Source: an uncultured Candidatus Rokubacteria bacterium
GTDB lineage: Bacteria; Methylomirabilota; Methylomirabilia; Rokubacteriales; CSP1-6
Length of the DNA stretch: 64,000 bases
NCBI GenBank assembly: GCA_963747235.1
Contig: CAVVEU010000029.1
Span: 32,001-96,000, forward strand
Direction: 5' to 3'
Part shown: one piece after another, positions 44,577-56,356 of the stretch
How positions within the stretch are numbered: position 1 is the stretch's first letter
How the letters are laid out: every line of letters begins with the position of its first letter
The notes under the pieces: generated by a model
What the model was told of the DNA's origin: nothing
The model's input: only the letters and a program-made list of their open reading frames with translations
Database searches by the model: none
Made by a program: the position numbers and the translations under genes

Positions 44577-45650
44577 TCACGCCTCCGGGCCGACCGGCCC
44601 GCGGCGGCGGGCCGCGACCTCCCGGAGGGTCCCCAGCACCCCTCTCGGAAAAAAGAACACGACCAGGATGAAGAGGATGCCGAAGTAGAGCAGCCAGCGC
44701 TCGGAGAGCCGCTGCAGGATCTCGGACCCCGAGAACACGGTCGCGCCCAGCCCGCGGAGATTGGGCAACAGGGTGCGCGCGGTGAGGAGGACGGCGGCGC
44801 CCACGATGCCCCCGTACAGCGTCCCGATGCCGCCGATGATCACCATGAGCAGCACGTCGAGCATGATCGGGATGCCGAGCGCCGACTCCGGGTTCACGTA
44901 GCGCACCCACAGCGTGTAGCAGCCGCCGAGCACCGTCGCGATCACGCTGCCGAAGGACGAGGCCGCGAGCTGGAAGACGAACGTGCGGTAGCCGAGCGCC
45001 TCCGCCCGCAGCTCGTTGTCGCGGATGGCCTGCAGCGTCCGGCCCAGCGGCGAGTGCACGAAGCGGCGCATCATCAGGAAGCAGCCCAGGCACACCACGA
45101 GCACCGTGTAGTAGGTGACGAGCCGGCCGCTCAGCCCGAAGGGGCCGGACGCGCCCGCCGCGAAGACACCCGGCAGCTTCGGCGAGAGCCCGTCCTCGCC
45201 GCCGGTGAGCGCGCTCCACTGCACGGCCAGGATGAGCGCGAACTCGGCGAAGGCCAGCGTGATCATGGCGAAGAACAGCGCCTTGACCCGCAGCGAGAAC
45301 GCGCCGATCACGATGGCCACGGTGGCCGAGATCGCGATGCCGACCACGAAGCCCAGGAGCACGTGGCCGTAGGTGGGCGCGCCCAGCTTGCCCACCGCGA
45401 GCGCCACCGCGTAGGCGCCGAAGCCGAAGAACATCGCGTGGCCGAAGGACACGATGCCGGTGTAGCCGATCACCACGTCGAAGCTCGCGGCGAGCGTGGC
45501 GAAGAGCGCGATCTTGAGCGCGAGGTCGAGGGTCTGGAACGAGGGCGCGAGCGTCGGCAACAGGACCCACGCGAGCAGCAGGCCCAGACGCAGGAACGCG
45601 GTCGGCTCCCGCCAGCGCCCGCGGCGCGCCGCCGCCCGCGCGGCCTGCAC
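44577..45650 (-). CDS. Branched-chain amino acid-type ABC permease (LivM-like)
   Basis: GYTGIVSFGHA, TGGEDG, AIRDNE.RA.ALG. Confidence 0.88.
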   Translation of the reverse strand: MQAARAAARRGRWREPTAFLRLGLLLAWVLLPTLAPSFQTLDLALKIALFATLAASFDVVIGYTGIVSFGHAMFFGFGAYAVALAVGKLGAPTYGHVLLGFVVGIAISATVAIVIGAFSLRVKALFFAMITLAFAEFALILAVQWSALTGGEDGLSPKLPGVFAAGASGPFGLSGRLVTYYTVLVVCLGCFLMMRRFVHSPLGRTLQAIRDNELRAEALGYRTFVFQLAASSFGSVIATVLGGCYTLWVRYVNPESALGIPIMLDVLLMVIIGGIGTLYGGIVGAAVLLTARTLLPNLRGLGATVFSGSEILQRLSERWLLYFGILFILVVFFFPRGVLGTLREVAARRRGPVGPEA

Positions 45651-45674
45651 CGGGGTGCGCCCGGCCGGGGCGCG

Positions 45675-46650
45675 TCACTCGCCCGTCCCGTAGAGCCCGG
45701 TGGGGCGCACGAGCAGCACCAGCACCATGATGGCCATGGTCACGCCGATGGCCGCCTTGGGGACGAGGAACGCCACGTAGTTGTAGGACAGGCCGACGAG
45801 CAGCGCGCCGACCAGCGAGCCGGTGACGCTGCCGAGCCCGCCGATGATCACCACGATGAAGGCGAAGATGAGCTGCTCGCCGCCCATCGCGGGGCGGATG
45901 GACTGGCTGAACATTCCCCACATGAGCCCGCCCACGCCGGCCAGCGCGGAGCCGGCCGCGAAGACCGCGGTGAAGTAGCGATGGACGTCGTGGCCCATCA
46001 CCTGCACCATCTCGTTGTTCTCGACTCCGGCCCGCACGATCAGGCCCACCCGCGTGCGGTGCAGCAGCCACCACATGCCCACGTAGACGGACACCCCCAG
46101 CGCGATGGCGATGATCGGGAAGCGCAGGATCACCACGTCGGCCACGTCCCAGGAGCCCCGGAAGGTGACCGGCACCGGCATCACCTGATCGTTCGGCCCC
46201 CACGCGATGCGGATCAGCTCCTCGAGCACGATGGTGGCCCCGAGCGTGATCAGGATCTGGAAGAGATGCTGCCCGTAGACCGGCCGCACGATCACCCGCT
46301 CCAGCGCGATGCCGAGCGCGCACGACACGACCACCGCGCCGCGCCACCGCGAGGAGGAGCAGGCCCGCGTTGGCGAGGACGGACTCGGAGGCGGCCCAGC
46401 CCCAAGCTCCGTTGACCAGGATCGCCACGCTGAAGCCCGCGTAGGCGCCCCAGGAGAAGAGCGCCCCGTGCGCGAAGTTGAGCACGTCCATGAGGCCGAA
46501 GATCAAGGTGAGCCCGGCCGCGACCAGGAAGATCAGCATCCCCATCGCGAGGCCGGCCACCGTGAGCGTGAGCCAGGTGCGGGGCTCGATCGCGGCGAGC
46601 GGGAGGAGCAGCAGGGCCAGGCCGAGCAGCGGGGGAACCGCGCGCTTCAT
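45675..46650 (-). CDS. ABC permease (LivH-like), one frameshift
   Basis: GLTLIFGLMDVLNFAHG, VIIGGLGS, RPTGLYG. Confidence 0.88.
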
Positions 46651-47351
46651 ACGCCGAGATACCTCCGCTTGAGCGCCTGGTCGGCGGCGAGCGCCGCCAT
46701 CGGCCCCGCGTGCACGGTGCGCCCATCGTCCATCACGTAACAGTCGTCGCCCAGGCGGCTCGCCATCGCGAAGTTCTGCTCGACGAGCACCACGGTGGCG
46801 TGCTCCTTCATGGCGGCGAGCGCGCCGATGAGGTGCTCGATCACGATGGGGGCCAGGCCCTTCGAGGGCTCGTCGATCAGCAGGAGCCGCGTGGGGTTCA
46901 CGAAGGCACGCGCGATGGCGAGCATCTGCTTCTGCCCACCCGAGAGCGTGCCCGCGCGGGCGTGGCGGAAGCGCTCGAGGTCGGGAAAGAGCGTGAGCGC
47001 GCGCCGCAGGCGGTCGCGGCTCTCCGCGGTCTCGGCCAGCATCGCCACCCGCAGGTTCTCGTCCACCGTGAGCGTGGCGAAGATGCCCTGCCCCTCCGGC
47101 ACGTAGCCGATGCCGAGCCGCGCGATGGCGTGCGGGGCGAGCGCGTGGATCGGACGGCCGTCGAAGCGCACCGTCCCCCGGCGCGGCCGCAGCACGCCCA
47201 TGATCGTCCGCATCGTGGTGGTCTTGCCCGCCCCGTTGCGCCCGAGGAGCACGGTGACCGCGTCGGGGCGCACCCGCAGCGAGACGCCCTGCAGGATGTG
47301 GTGCTGCCCGATGTCGGTGTGCACGTCCTCCAGCTCGAGCAGATCAGGCAT
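46647..47351 (-). CDS. ABC ATPase (LivF-like)
   Basis: GRNGAGKT, LSGGQ, DEPSKGLAP. Confidence 0.9.
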   Translation of the reverse strand: MPDLLELEDVHTDIGQHHILQGVSLRVRPDAVTVLLGRNGAGKTTTMRTIMGVLRPRRGTVRFDGRPIHALAPHAIARLGIGYVPEGQGIFATLTVDENLRVAMLAETAESRDRLRRALTLFPDLERFRHARAGTLSGGQKQMLAIARAFVNPTRLLLIDEPSKGLAPIVIEHLIGALAAMKEHATVVLVEQNFAMASRLGDDCYVMDDGRTVHAGPMAALAADQALKRRYLGV

Positions 47352-48112
47352 GCGCGGTCCCGAAATACGCGGCCTGCACCTCCGCGCTCGCGCTCACCTC
47401 CGCAGGCGAGCCGTCCGCGATGAGCCGCCCGTCCTTCAGCACCGCGATCGAGTCGGAGAGCGCCATCACCATGTCGATCTTGTGCTCGACGAGCAGGATG
47501 GTCCGGTCCCGGCGGGCGCGGATGGCGTCGATGAGCCCGATGATGGCCGGCACCTCCTCGAGCGACATGCCCGCGGTCGGCTCGTCCAGCAGCAGCACCT
47601 CGGGCTCCGAGCGCGAGCAGGATGCCCAGCTCGAGCTTCCGCTTCTCGCCGTGGGCGAGCGCGCCGGCCGGGGCCGCCCACTTCGGCGCGAGCAGCACCG
47701 TCTCGAGCAGCCGGTACGCGGCGTCCTCGAGATCCGGGAAGCTCCGGTAGTCGCGCCAGGCGGTGAAGCCGAGCCCGCGATGCGCCTGCACCGCGAGCCG
47801 CACGTTCTCGAGCACGGTGAGGGTGGGGAAGATGTTGGTGAGCTGGAAGGACCGGCCGATGCCGAGCCGCGTCCGCGCGGCGGCCCCGCGGCTCGTGATG
47901 TCGCGGCCCTTGAACAGGATCCGCCCCTCGGTCGGCCGGTACTGCCCGCTCAGCAGGTTGAAAAAGGTGGTCTTGCCCGCGCCGTTGGGGCCGATGATGG
48001 ACTTGAGCGTGAACGGCGCCACGTCGAGGGTGACGTGGTCCACCGCGACGTGGCCTCCGAAGCGAATGGTGAGGTCGCGGGCGGAGACGATCGGGGGTGA
48101 CGCCGTCGCTAT
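47344..48112 (-). CDS. ABC ATPase (LivG-like), one frameshift, start uncertain
   Basis: GPNGAGKT, LAHGEKR, LDEPTAG. Confidence 0.88.
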
Positions 48113-48978
48113 GTCCCCTTGAGGAAGGCCCGGAGGGCGTTCTTCACCTTCGGGTGCTGGCCGAGCAGCACGGTGTAGTGGTTGGTGCCGGGCACCACCA
48201 CCAGCTTGGCGCGCGGGATCGCGTGGGCCATCGCCTCCGCCTCGTCCTGCGTCATCAGGCAGTCGGTGGGAGTGAGCAGCCCGTCGGGCGCGCGGAAGAT
48301 CAGAGTGGGCGCCTTGATCCGGTGGTGATGGACCCAGAGCCGCTCTCGCTCGAGGTTGCTGATCTCCTCCTCGATGGCGTGGCGCGCGGCCTTCGAGCGG
48401 ACGGTGCCCGCGGGCAATTCCTCGACGTCGTAGCGGAAGTAGCGCTCGAGGTAGTCGTTCCAGCGCCCCTCGAACATCGGCAGCATGCGCACGAAGCCCA
48501 GGAACATGTCGAGCGACGGGAACTCGACCCCGAGCCGGTTGATGGCCGGGCGGAGCGATTCGAGGATCTCGTACCGCACGTCGATGCCGCCGTCCACCAG
48601 CACGAGCTTCGCCACCCGCTCCGGATGCGTGGCCGCGAAGCGGACCGCGATGTGGGCGCCCAGGGAATGGCCGACCAGCACCGCCTCTCTTGAGACCGAA
48701 GTGATCGAGGAGTCCCAGCAGGTCCTCGTTGTGGTGCATGAGGCTGTAGCCGTGCTCGGGCTTGTCGCTCTCGCCCCGTCCCCGAAGGTCGTACGCGATC
48801 AGCCGGTGGGCGGGCGAGAGCACGTCGGCCACGCTCGCCCAGCAGGTGTGGTTCGCGGTCAGCCCGTGGACGCAGACGATGGCCGGACCCTTCGCGGGCC
48901 CGGGCCACTCCGCGACCGCGAGCGAGACGTCTTTGAGCGCGATGTGGGTGACGGCCGTCGTCGGCAGCTCACGGTCAT
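48109..48978 (-). CDS. Alpha/beta hydrolase, frameshifted
   Basis: VHGLTAN, DLRGRG, GHSLG nucleophile elbow, NHY. Confidence 0.85.
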
Positions 48979-50187
48979 CGCTTGTTCATGATCGGGGGCG
49001 CGGTCTCCTGGAGGCGTCAACTCGCGCACGAGCGAGGGGATCAGCCACGCCACGTCCGGCTTCGACACCATCTTGAAGGAGTACATGCTCTGGAGCGCCT
49101 GGTGGTCCTCTTTCCGGAAGATCATCTTGCCCTTGGGCGTCTGGAACTCGAGGCCCTTCCATCGCGGCGATGAGCTTCTCGGTGTCGGTGCCCCCCGCCT
49201 TCTGGATCCCCGCCACCACCGCCATCGCGGCCGCGAAGCCGCCGCAGGTGAAGAAGTCGGGCGGCTCGTTGAAGCGCTTCATGTGCTCGCGCACCAGCCA
49301 GTCGTTCACCGGGTTCTTGGGGATCTCGTAGTAGTAGTAGGCCCCGCCCACCATGCCCTCGAGCTTGCCGGCCTTCATCGCCTTGAGCGACGTCGAGGAC
49401 GTTGCTGCCGCTGGTCAGCGTGATGCCGTACTTGTCGAGGCGATTGTCCACGAGCTGCCCGAACGGCCCGCCCTTGCCCGCCCAGATGACGAAGACGTAC
49501 TTCGGGCCGGGCTTGTCCTTGAGCGCGCCGATGATCTTCTGGATGGGCGCGGTGAAGTCGGTGGCGGTGGTGGGCGTGTATTCCTCGTGCACGACCTGGG
49601 CCCCCGCCTTCTCGACCGCCGCCTTGTAGGCGGCGACCCCGTCGCGGCCGAAGGCGTAGTCCTGGGCGATGGTGGCGATGGCCACGCCCGGCTTCGCGAC
49701 GGCCAGCGCGTTGGCGATGGCGTCCTGGCTCGAGTTGCGCCCGGTGCGGAAGACGTAGCGGTTCCAGTTCTCACCCGTGATGCTGTCGGCCACCGCGGGC
49801 TCCACGATCAGGACCTTCTTGAACTCGGCGGCCACCGGCAGGATCGCGAGGGCGGCCGCGCTCGACGTGGTGCCCACCACCAGGTCCACCTTGTCGTCGG
49901 CGTAGAGCTTGGTGACCTTCTGCTTCGCCACGTCCGGCTTGAGCTGGTCGTCCTCCTCGATGATCTCGATCTTGCGGCCGAGCAGCTCCTTCTTGCCCCC
50001 GGTGGCGTAGTCGAGGCCCAGCTCGAACCCGCGCTTCACCTGCTTGGCGTAGACCTCGAACGGCCCGGTGAAGCCCTGCACGAGGCCGATCTTGATCGGG
50101 GTCTGGGCGAGCGCAGCCGACGGCTGGCCGACGCGCGATGATGCTCAAGAGAAAGGCAATGGTCAGGCGGGTGAGCCGGGTCTTCAT
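48975..50187 (-). CDS. Liv-type ABC substrate-binding protein, frameshifted
   Basis: EEDDQLKPD, ADSITG, QDYAFGRDG. Confidence 0.85.
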
Positions 50188-50276
50188 GGATGATCTCCAG
50201 TTCTGGGTCGGCCGTGTGGTCGGCATGCGGCGGGGCTACGCTAGCAAGGGGGGCCATGAGGGTCAAGCATTCGGGC

Positions 50277-51064
50277 CTACTCTCCGAGGTACCAGCGCCG
50301 GCGCGCCTGGGGTCCATAGCCGAGGCCGAAGCGCCGCATCGCCACGCCCGCCACCAGGTCCACCGCTTCCTCCGGAGAATCCGTCACCTGCAGCCGCTGC
50401 TCGTCGCCCGGATCGATGGTGCCCTCCACCAGCAGCCGGTTGCGCACGAAGTCGGTGAGCGGACGCCAGTACTCGCGCCCCATCAGCACGATGGGGAACT
50501 CGCTGGACCTTGCCGGTCTGCACGAGCGTGGCGATCTCGAACATCTCGTCGAGCGTGCCGAAGCCGCCGGGCAGCGCGACGAAGGCGTAGGAGTACTTCA
50601 CGAGCATGACCTTGCGGACGTAGAAGTGGCGGAAGGTGACGAAGCGGTCGACGTAGGGATTCGGCGTGCTGCTCGTGCGGCAGCTCGATGTTGCAGCCGA
50701 TCGAGCGCCCGCCCACCTCCTTGGCCCCGCGGTTGGCCGCCTCCATGATGCCGGGCCCGCCGCCGGTCATGACCGTGAAGCCGCGGCGCGCGAGCCGGGC
50801 GCCCACCTCGCGGCCCAGCTCGTAGTAGGGATGGTCGGCCTTGAAGCGGGCGGAGCCGAACACGGTGACGCACGGCCCGACGAAGTGCAGCGCGCGGAAG
50901 CCCCGCAGGAACTCGAAGAAGATGCGGACGGCGCGGGCCAGCTCGAAGCTGCGGGGCTGCGGGCCCTGCAGGAAGCGGATCTCTTCGGGGGCCGCGGCCC
51001 CCTTGCCCCACTGGGATCGGTCCGAGGCCGGCGGGGCCCCCGAGACCGGCTGCTCCGCGCTCAG
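50277..51064 (-). CDS. LOG-family protein (TIGR00730-like), frameshifted; start uncertain
   Basis: VFGSAR, TGGGPGIMEAAN, PGGFGTLDE. Confidence 0.85.
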
Positions 51065-51069
51065 GCGCG

Positions 51070-51442
51070 CTACTCGGGGCCGTGGGCCGACTGCACGGCG
51101 ACGACGGACACGCTCTCGGGCGCCGCGTCGTCCCGCGGCCGATGGCTGCACGTGTAGCCGAGCGTCAACGAGAACTGTCCGGCGCGCGACTCGTCGGCCC
51201 CGTGGGCTCCGGACGCGCGGGCCGAGGCTTCGGACTCGGCGAGGGCGTTGAGCTGGGCCAGGAGCGGGGCGGGATCCATGCCGTTCTGGCGCGCGAAGTC
51301 CCCGACGCTCAGGCCGGGGAAGCGCGCGTAGAGGTCGTTCCGCTGATCCACGTAGAGGCGCCGACCTTGCGTGAACACCGGCGCGGTGCCGGGATGCTTC
51401 GCCAGCACGTCGTTGATCTTCGAATCGGCGGTGATTGCCCAC
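51070..51442 (-). CDS. DUF1858-like small protein
   Basis: ITADSKINDVLAKHP....F and ..A..NG.D...LL..LN pattern. Confidence 0.55.
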
Positions 51443-51447
51443 CGCGG

Positions 51448-51897
51448 TCACCGGCCCCGCACGGTCAGCACCGGGCACGACACGCTGGCGACGAGCCGCG
51501 TCGCCACGCTGCCCAGGAAGAACTTGGCGAGCCCGGTGCGCCCATGGGTGCCGATCACGAGCAGGTCGGCCTTCTTGGCCCGCGCCGCCCGCGCGACGCG
51601 CTCGTGCGGCACGCCCTCGAGCAGGAGCCCGGTGGCGCGCGCGCCCGCCTTCTTCGCCCCCGCCACGATCGCGTTGAGGCGCTTCTGCGCCTGGGCGCGC
51701 GCCGAGGCCTCGAGGTCCTCGTAGAGGCTGGGCGAGATGTATCCCTCGCCCGGCAGCACCAGCGAGGGCGGCGTCATGACGTGCGCGACGATGAGCTGAG
51801 CGCGATCGGCCTTGGCCATCGCGACCGCGCGCTTGAGCGCGGCCGTCGAAGCGCGCGAGAAATCCGTGGCGTGCATGATCCGTCGTAGGCGTGGCAT
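51448..51897 (-). CDS. Universal stress protein
   Basis: ATDFS, DLLVIGTHGRTG..LGSVA, CPVLTV. Confidence 0.92.
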   Translation of the reverse strand: MPRLRRIMHATDFSRASTAALKRAVAMAKADRAQLIVAHVMTPPSLVLPGEGYISPSLYEDLEASARAQAQKRLNAIVAGAKKAGARATGLLLEGVPHERVARAARAKKADLLVIGTHGRTGLAKFFLGSVATRLVASVSCPVLTVRGR

Positions 51898-52265
51898 GCC
51901 GGTATCTTACAATGCGCCATGCTCAGCGTCGAGGCGCTTGCGCCGACTCCCCGGGCCGGACCCCGTCGCGGGCGGTAGGCTGCACCGCGACCTACCGGAG
52001 CGGCGCGACTCCCGCGAGCGGCTTGCCGTCCCGCTACGCGCCGCGCCGGCGGCCAGCGCGGGGTCGGGCTCACTGGCTGACCCCCGATCCCCTTCTCGGC
52101 CAGGAAGCCTACCCGAGCCGACGTCCTCCGCTGCTATCTGGGAGACTCCCGTCGGGTGCGTCCGCCCGGACCCACGACGGACTCCCAACGCCGGTCGTGG
52201 GCAGAGACCCACCCCCGCCCCCCGCGCCCCCGGCCCCGCCCTCCCCGCGCCGCCCGCGCGAACGG

Positions 52266-53385
52266 CTAGAAGTGGAAGTGGGCGCCGAGCCCGAGGTAGT
52301 CGACGCGCCGCTTGTAGAACTGCCCGTCCGGCGAGTTCCCGTGGAAGTACTCGACGAGGAGCTGGAGATTCCGCTCCAGCACGCGCACGTTCTCGAGCTG
52401 GATGCCCCCGCGCACCGACACGTCGAGGTTCCACTTGTTCTCCTCGCGCGATTGCAGGTCCACCGCCGCCACCGGCCGCACACGGCCGGCCGCGACCGTC
52501 CACGGGCTGCGGAACTCCACGCCGCCCTGCGCGGACCACGGCTTGAGGCTCTCGGGCTCCTGGTCGAACAGGTACCCGCCCCCGCCGTAGACCCGGAAGC
52601 CCCACGGCAGATCGTAGGAGAGCTTCAGATCCACGCTCTCGTAGGTGAGGTTGATGCGCTCGAGGCGCGTGCGGAGCAGCAGCTCGTCGCCCAGGTGCGA
52701 GCTCTGGTGGAAGATCCGTCCGAGCGCGGAGAACGCGCCGCGGCGCCAGGTGCCGAACAGCGAGGCGAAGTAGTCGGCGTTGAGCAGGTCCTTGGACGGC
52801 GCGTCCATCTGGAAGAGCGCGAACACGCCGGCCTGGATGCCCGCCTCCCACTGGCTGTCCGCGAAGCGCGTTGCCCCGGATGAGCGGGATCGTCTCGCCG
52901 AAGCTCACCGCGCCCACGTGCTCCAGGTCCCGGTTGTTCAGGTAGTACCGGTACGAGGCCGAGAAGTGCGGCCACCGCGGATCCGCCAGCAGCGGCTGGA
53001 AGAGGTGCCCGGCCGGCAGGAACCCGGTGGGCAGGGCCGAGACCGCGGCCGGCGCCACGTCGGGCACGACCGCGGGCGCGCGGACGGCCGCCTCCCGCAC
53101 CTCGACGCGGACCACGCCGGGCAGGTTCGAGAGCGTCGTCACGACCGCGACGCGATCGGTGCCCGCGAGCTGCGCGCCGTCGAGCGTGAGGACGCCGTTG
53201 TCCACCGTCACCGCGCGGCGGGGCACCTTGAACTCGCGCTCGAGCACCGCGCCCGCGTAGCCCGCCAGGTACGGGTCCTCCGACGCGGGCGCGGCGGCGA
53301 CGGCCGGCGCGCCCGGCGCGCCCCACAGCATCGCCCACACGGCCAGTGGGAACAGCGCCAGCGGGCGCCGACGACGTGTCGTCAT
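52266..53385 (-). CDS. DUF1207-like outer-membrane protein, one frameshift
   Basis: Signal peptide, PLLADPRWP, DLLNADY, HQSSHLGDE, terminal Phe. Confidence 0.7.
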
Positions 53386-53392
53386 GAATCCT

Positions 53393-53786
53393 CTACCCTC
53401 CCCCGGCACCGTAGGCCCGCCAGGCAAATGACGCGATCGTGACCCGATAGCTCGCCGCCTTCGCGGGAGCCTTGATCTCGAAATAGGACCGGTTCGACGG
53501 GGGCACGTCGCCGAGGACGTAGCCGGTGGTCGAGCCGACCACCTGGCCCGAGCCGTCGAGCGCTTCCACGAGGAGCCGCACGCTCACCGCGTAGCTGCCC
53601 GCCCGCTGGTTGTAGACGTAGCCGCTCACCACCGGACGGCCGCGGCGATCCTCCGAGCCGGTCCACTCGACGCGCAGATCGCCGTCGACCCATCGCGTCT
53701 GCACCTGCGCGCGCGCCGCGCCCGCGCCCAGGAATCAGCAGCGCCGCCAGGACCGCCGTGCTCGTGCCTCGCGCGAGTCTTCGCAT
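53393..53786 (-). CDS. Exported FxLYD-like domain protein, frameshifted
   Basis: VSGYVYN..VRLLVEALDGSG..GDVPP..RSYF. Confidence 0.6.
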
Positions 53787-53865
53787 GGTGGCCTGCCATT
53801 GTCGCCGCGGGAGCCAGCGCGCCACCCGCGAATTCCTGCCGCGGGCCTTTGCTATCATAGCGGCC

Positions 53866-54083
53866 ATGACGCGCGAGTCCGCCCGCGCCCGCCGGGTCTT
53901 CCAGACGCTGATCCTCGTCGTGGCGATGGCGGTGGCGTTCCTGGGCGGGATGCTGGTGGAGCGGCTGCAGTTCCACGCCGAACGGGATGCGATGCTGCGA
54001 CGGTACGATCAGGCGCTCCGCGAGCACCGGGCCCGCGTGATGGAGGCGGAGAAGCGGGGGAAGAAATTACCCGGAAGCCCTAG
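53866..54083 (+). CDS. Small membrane protein, 3' end uncertain
   Basis: One TM helix followed by a coiled segment. Confidence 0.5.
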
Positions 54084-54458
54084 CCGGCCACCAGGCGGGC
54101 CGCCCCGATGCCCAGCAGGCACGCCGCGAAGCACAGCGCGGTGGTGAGCGCGACGTAGAGCAGCCGCCGCTCCCCACGAGCCGGCGGCGGCCAGCCGCAG
54201 CGACTCGTAGGCGAACGCCGAGTAGGTGGTGAAGCCGCCCAGGACTCCGACCGCCAGTACCACCCGCGCGTTCTCCGGGAGCACCGCCGAGCCGAAGGCC
54301 AGCTCCTGGACCAGGCCGATGCAGAACGACCCGACCACGTTGACGAGCAGGGTGCCGTGGGGAAATCGCCGCCGAGCCAGCGGAGTGGCGAGGCCGCCCA
54401 GGAGATAGCGGGCCCCGGTTCCCACCGCGCCGCCCAGGCAGACGAGGGCGAAGTGCAC
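54080..54458 (-). CDS. crcB: Fluoride channel Fluc/CrcB, frameshifted
   Basis: GGAVGTGARY, GTLLVNVVGSF, GVLGGFTTYS. Confidence 0.88.
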
Positions 54459-54466
54459 GCGCGCGA

Positions 54467-55881
54467 TCAGTCGACGGGCGGCCGGCGGTCCGCCCAGGGC
54501 TGCGCGGCCTCGAAGGCGGCGGACGCGGCCAGGACGGTGTGATCGGCGTGGCGGCGCCCGACGATCTGCAGCCCCACCGGCAGCCCCGCGCTCGTGAAGC
54601 CGACCGGGACGGTGGCGGCGGGCTGGCCGGTGAGGTTGAACGGGAAGCAGAACGGCGTCCAGCCGAGTGGCGAGGACGGCTGGCCGTTGACCTCGTTGAG
54701 CCCGGGCTTGCCGACCTCGAACGCGGGCACCGCCACCGTGGGCGTGATCAGCAGATCGAAGCGCGCGAGGAACCGCTGCACCTCCGTCCAGAACTCCCCG
54801 CGGCGCGCGCATCGCGCGGAGGTATTGCGCGGCGGTGACGCCGGCGCCGAAGCGCAGCAGGGCCCGGAGCGAGCGGTCCATCTGCTCGCCGTCGGCCTCG
54901 AGCCGGTCGCCCCACGCGCTCCACGTCTCGGCGCCGACGGTGACGCGGAAGGTCTCCTCGGGATCCTCCCAGGAGGGGGACACGACTTCCACGTGCCCGC
55001 CGAAGCTCTCGAAGCGCTCGGCCGCCGCCGCGCACAGATCGGCCACCTCCGGATCCACGCGCGCGTAGCCGAGATCGGGCGACCAGGCCACGCTGAGCCC
55101 CGCGATGTCGCCCTCGCAGGCGGCCAGGAACGCGTGCGGGGCGGCGGGGAGCGAGTGGCGGTCGCGATCGTCGGGGCCCGCGATCGCGTCCAGCATGAGG
55201 GCCGCGTCGCGGACGGTGCGGGTCAGCGGCCCGGTGTGGGAGAGCGTCTCCCAGCCGCGGAAAGCCCGGATTCTGTGGCACGCGGCCGAAGGACGGCTTG
55301 AGCCCGTAGATCCCGCAGAACGACGCGGGGATCCGGATGGAGCCGCCGCCGTCGGTGCCCACCGCGAGGGGGCCGAGGCCCGCGGCCACCGCCGCCCCCG
55401 CGCCGCCGCTCGAGCCGCCCGGCGTGAGCGCCGGGTTCCAGGGATTGCGGGTGATCCCGAAGAGCGGGCTCTCCGTCACCGCCTTGTGGCCGAACTCGGG
55501 CGTCGTGGTCTTGCCGATGATGATGGCGCCCGCGCCCTTCAAGCGCTCCACCGAGACCGCGTCCTCCTCGGGCACATGATCGATGAAGAGCCGCGAGCCG
55601 CCGGTGGTGGGCACACGCCGCGTGAAGAGCAGGTCCTTGATGGATACCGGCACGCCGTGCAGCGGGCCGAGCTCCTCGCCGGTCATCACCGTGACCTCGG
55701 CGGCGACCGCGGCGTCGCGCGCTTCCTCCGCGGTCACCGCGGCGAAGCAGTTGAGCGTGGGATTGAGGCGCTCGACACGCGCCAGCACCGCGTCCACCAC
55801 CTCGACGGGCGAGACCTTCTTGGCCCGGATGAGCGCGGCCAGCTCGGTGGCCGGGATCCATCCGAGATCGGGCGTCGCCAT
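54467..55881 (-). CDS. Amidase-signature family enzyme, frameshifted
   Basis: GVPVSIKD, GGSSGG, GTDGGGSIRIPAS, LPVGLQ. Confidence 0.9.
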
Positions 55882-56285
55882 CAGGTCCCGGGGTTCACGC
55901 GAGCCAGGGTGTAGTCCACGTGGGTCGCGCCTGAGCCCTCGATGACGGTCAGCCGGCAGAGGTCGTCACCCTTGAAGAACTCGGCCCAGATCCCGGGGAA
56001 CTTCTCCGCGTTGACGAAGCGCTCGCTCCGGGCCTCCTGCCAGCCCGCGTTGGCCAGCAGGGCTCGCGCGGTGGCCAGCGTCGTCTCCACGTCGCTCGTC
56101 GTGAAGTAGATGAGGCGGGCCGCCGTGACCTTCTGGGTTCGGATGATGGCCCAGTCGTCGGAGTACGGGGTCCACTCGGCGGGCACCGGCACGTCCGGGA
56201 ACGGCTGGATCGGCATGGGCACCACGACCGGTGCGCACGCGCCGAGCCACAGCGCGATCCCCATCACGATCGGCCGGACCTTCAC
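55881..56285 (-). CDS. Hypothetical lipoprotein
   Basis: LGAC lipobox; translationally coupled to the amidase. Confidence 0.6.
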   Translation of the reverse strand: MKVRPIVMGIALWLGACAPVVVPMPIQPFPDVPVPAEWTPYSDDWAIIRTQKVTAARLIYFTTSDVETTLATARALLANAGWQEARSERFVNAEKFPGIWAEFFKGDDLCRLTVIEGSGATHVDYTLARVNPGT

Positions 56286-56356
56286 GCGCCGCATTGTATC
56301 CGCAGGTCCGCGGTCCGGCAACCGCGGCGCGCGGCGGTGCTAGAGTAGCGGTCATA

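Noticed and set aside
54455-54470. Fluoride riboswitch before crcB
   Set aside because: Only about 8 bp separate crcB from the upstream amidase, and no motif is seen.
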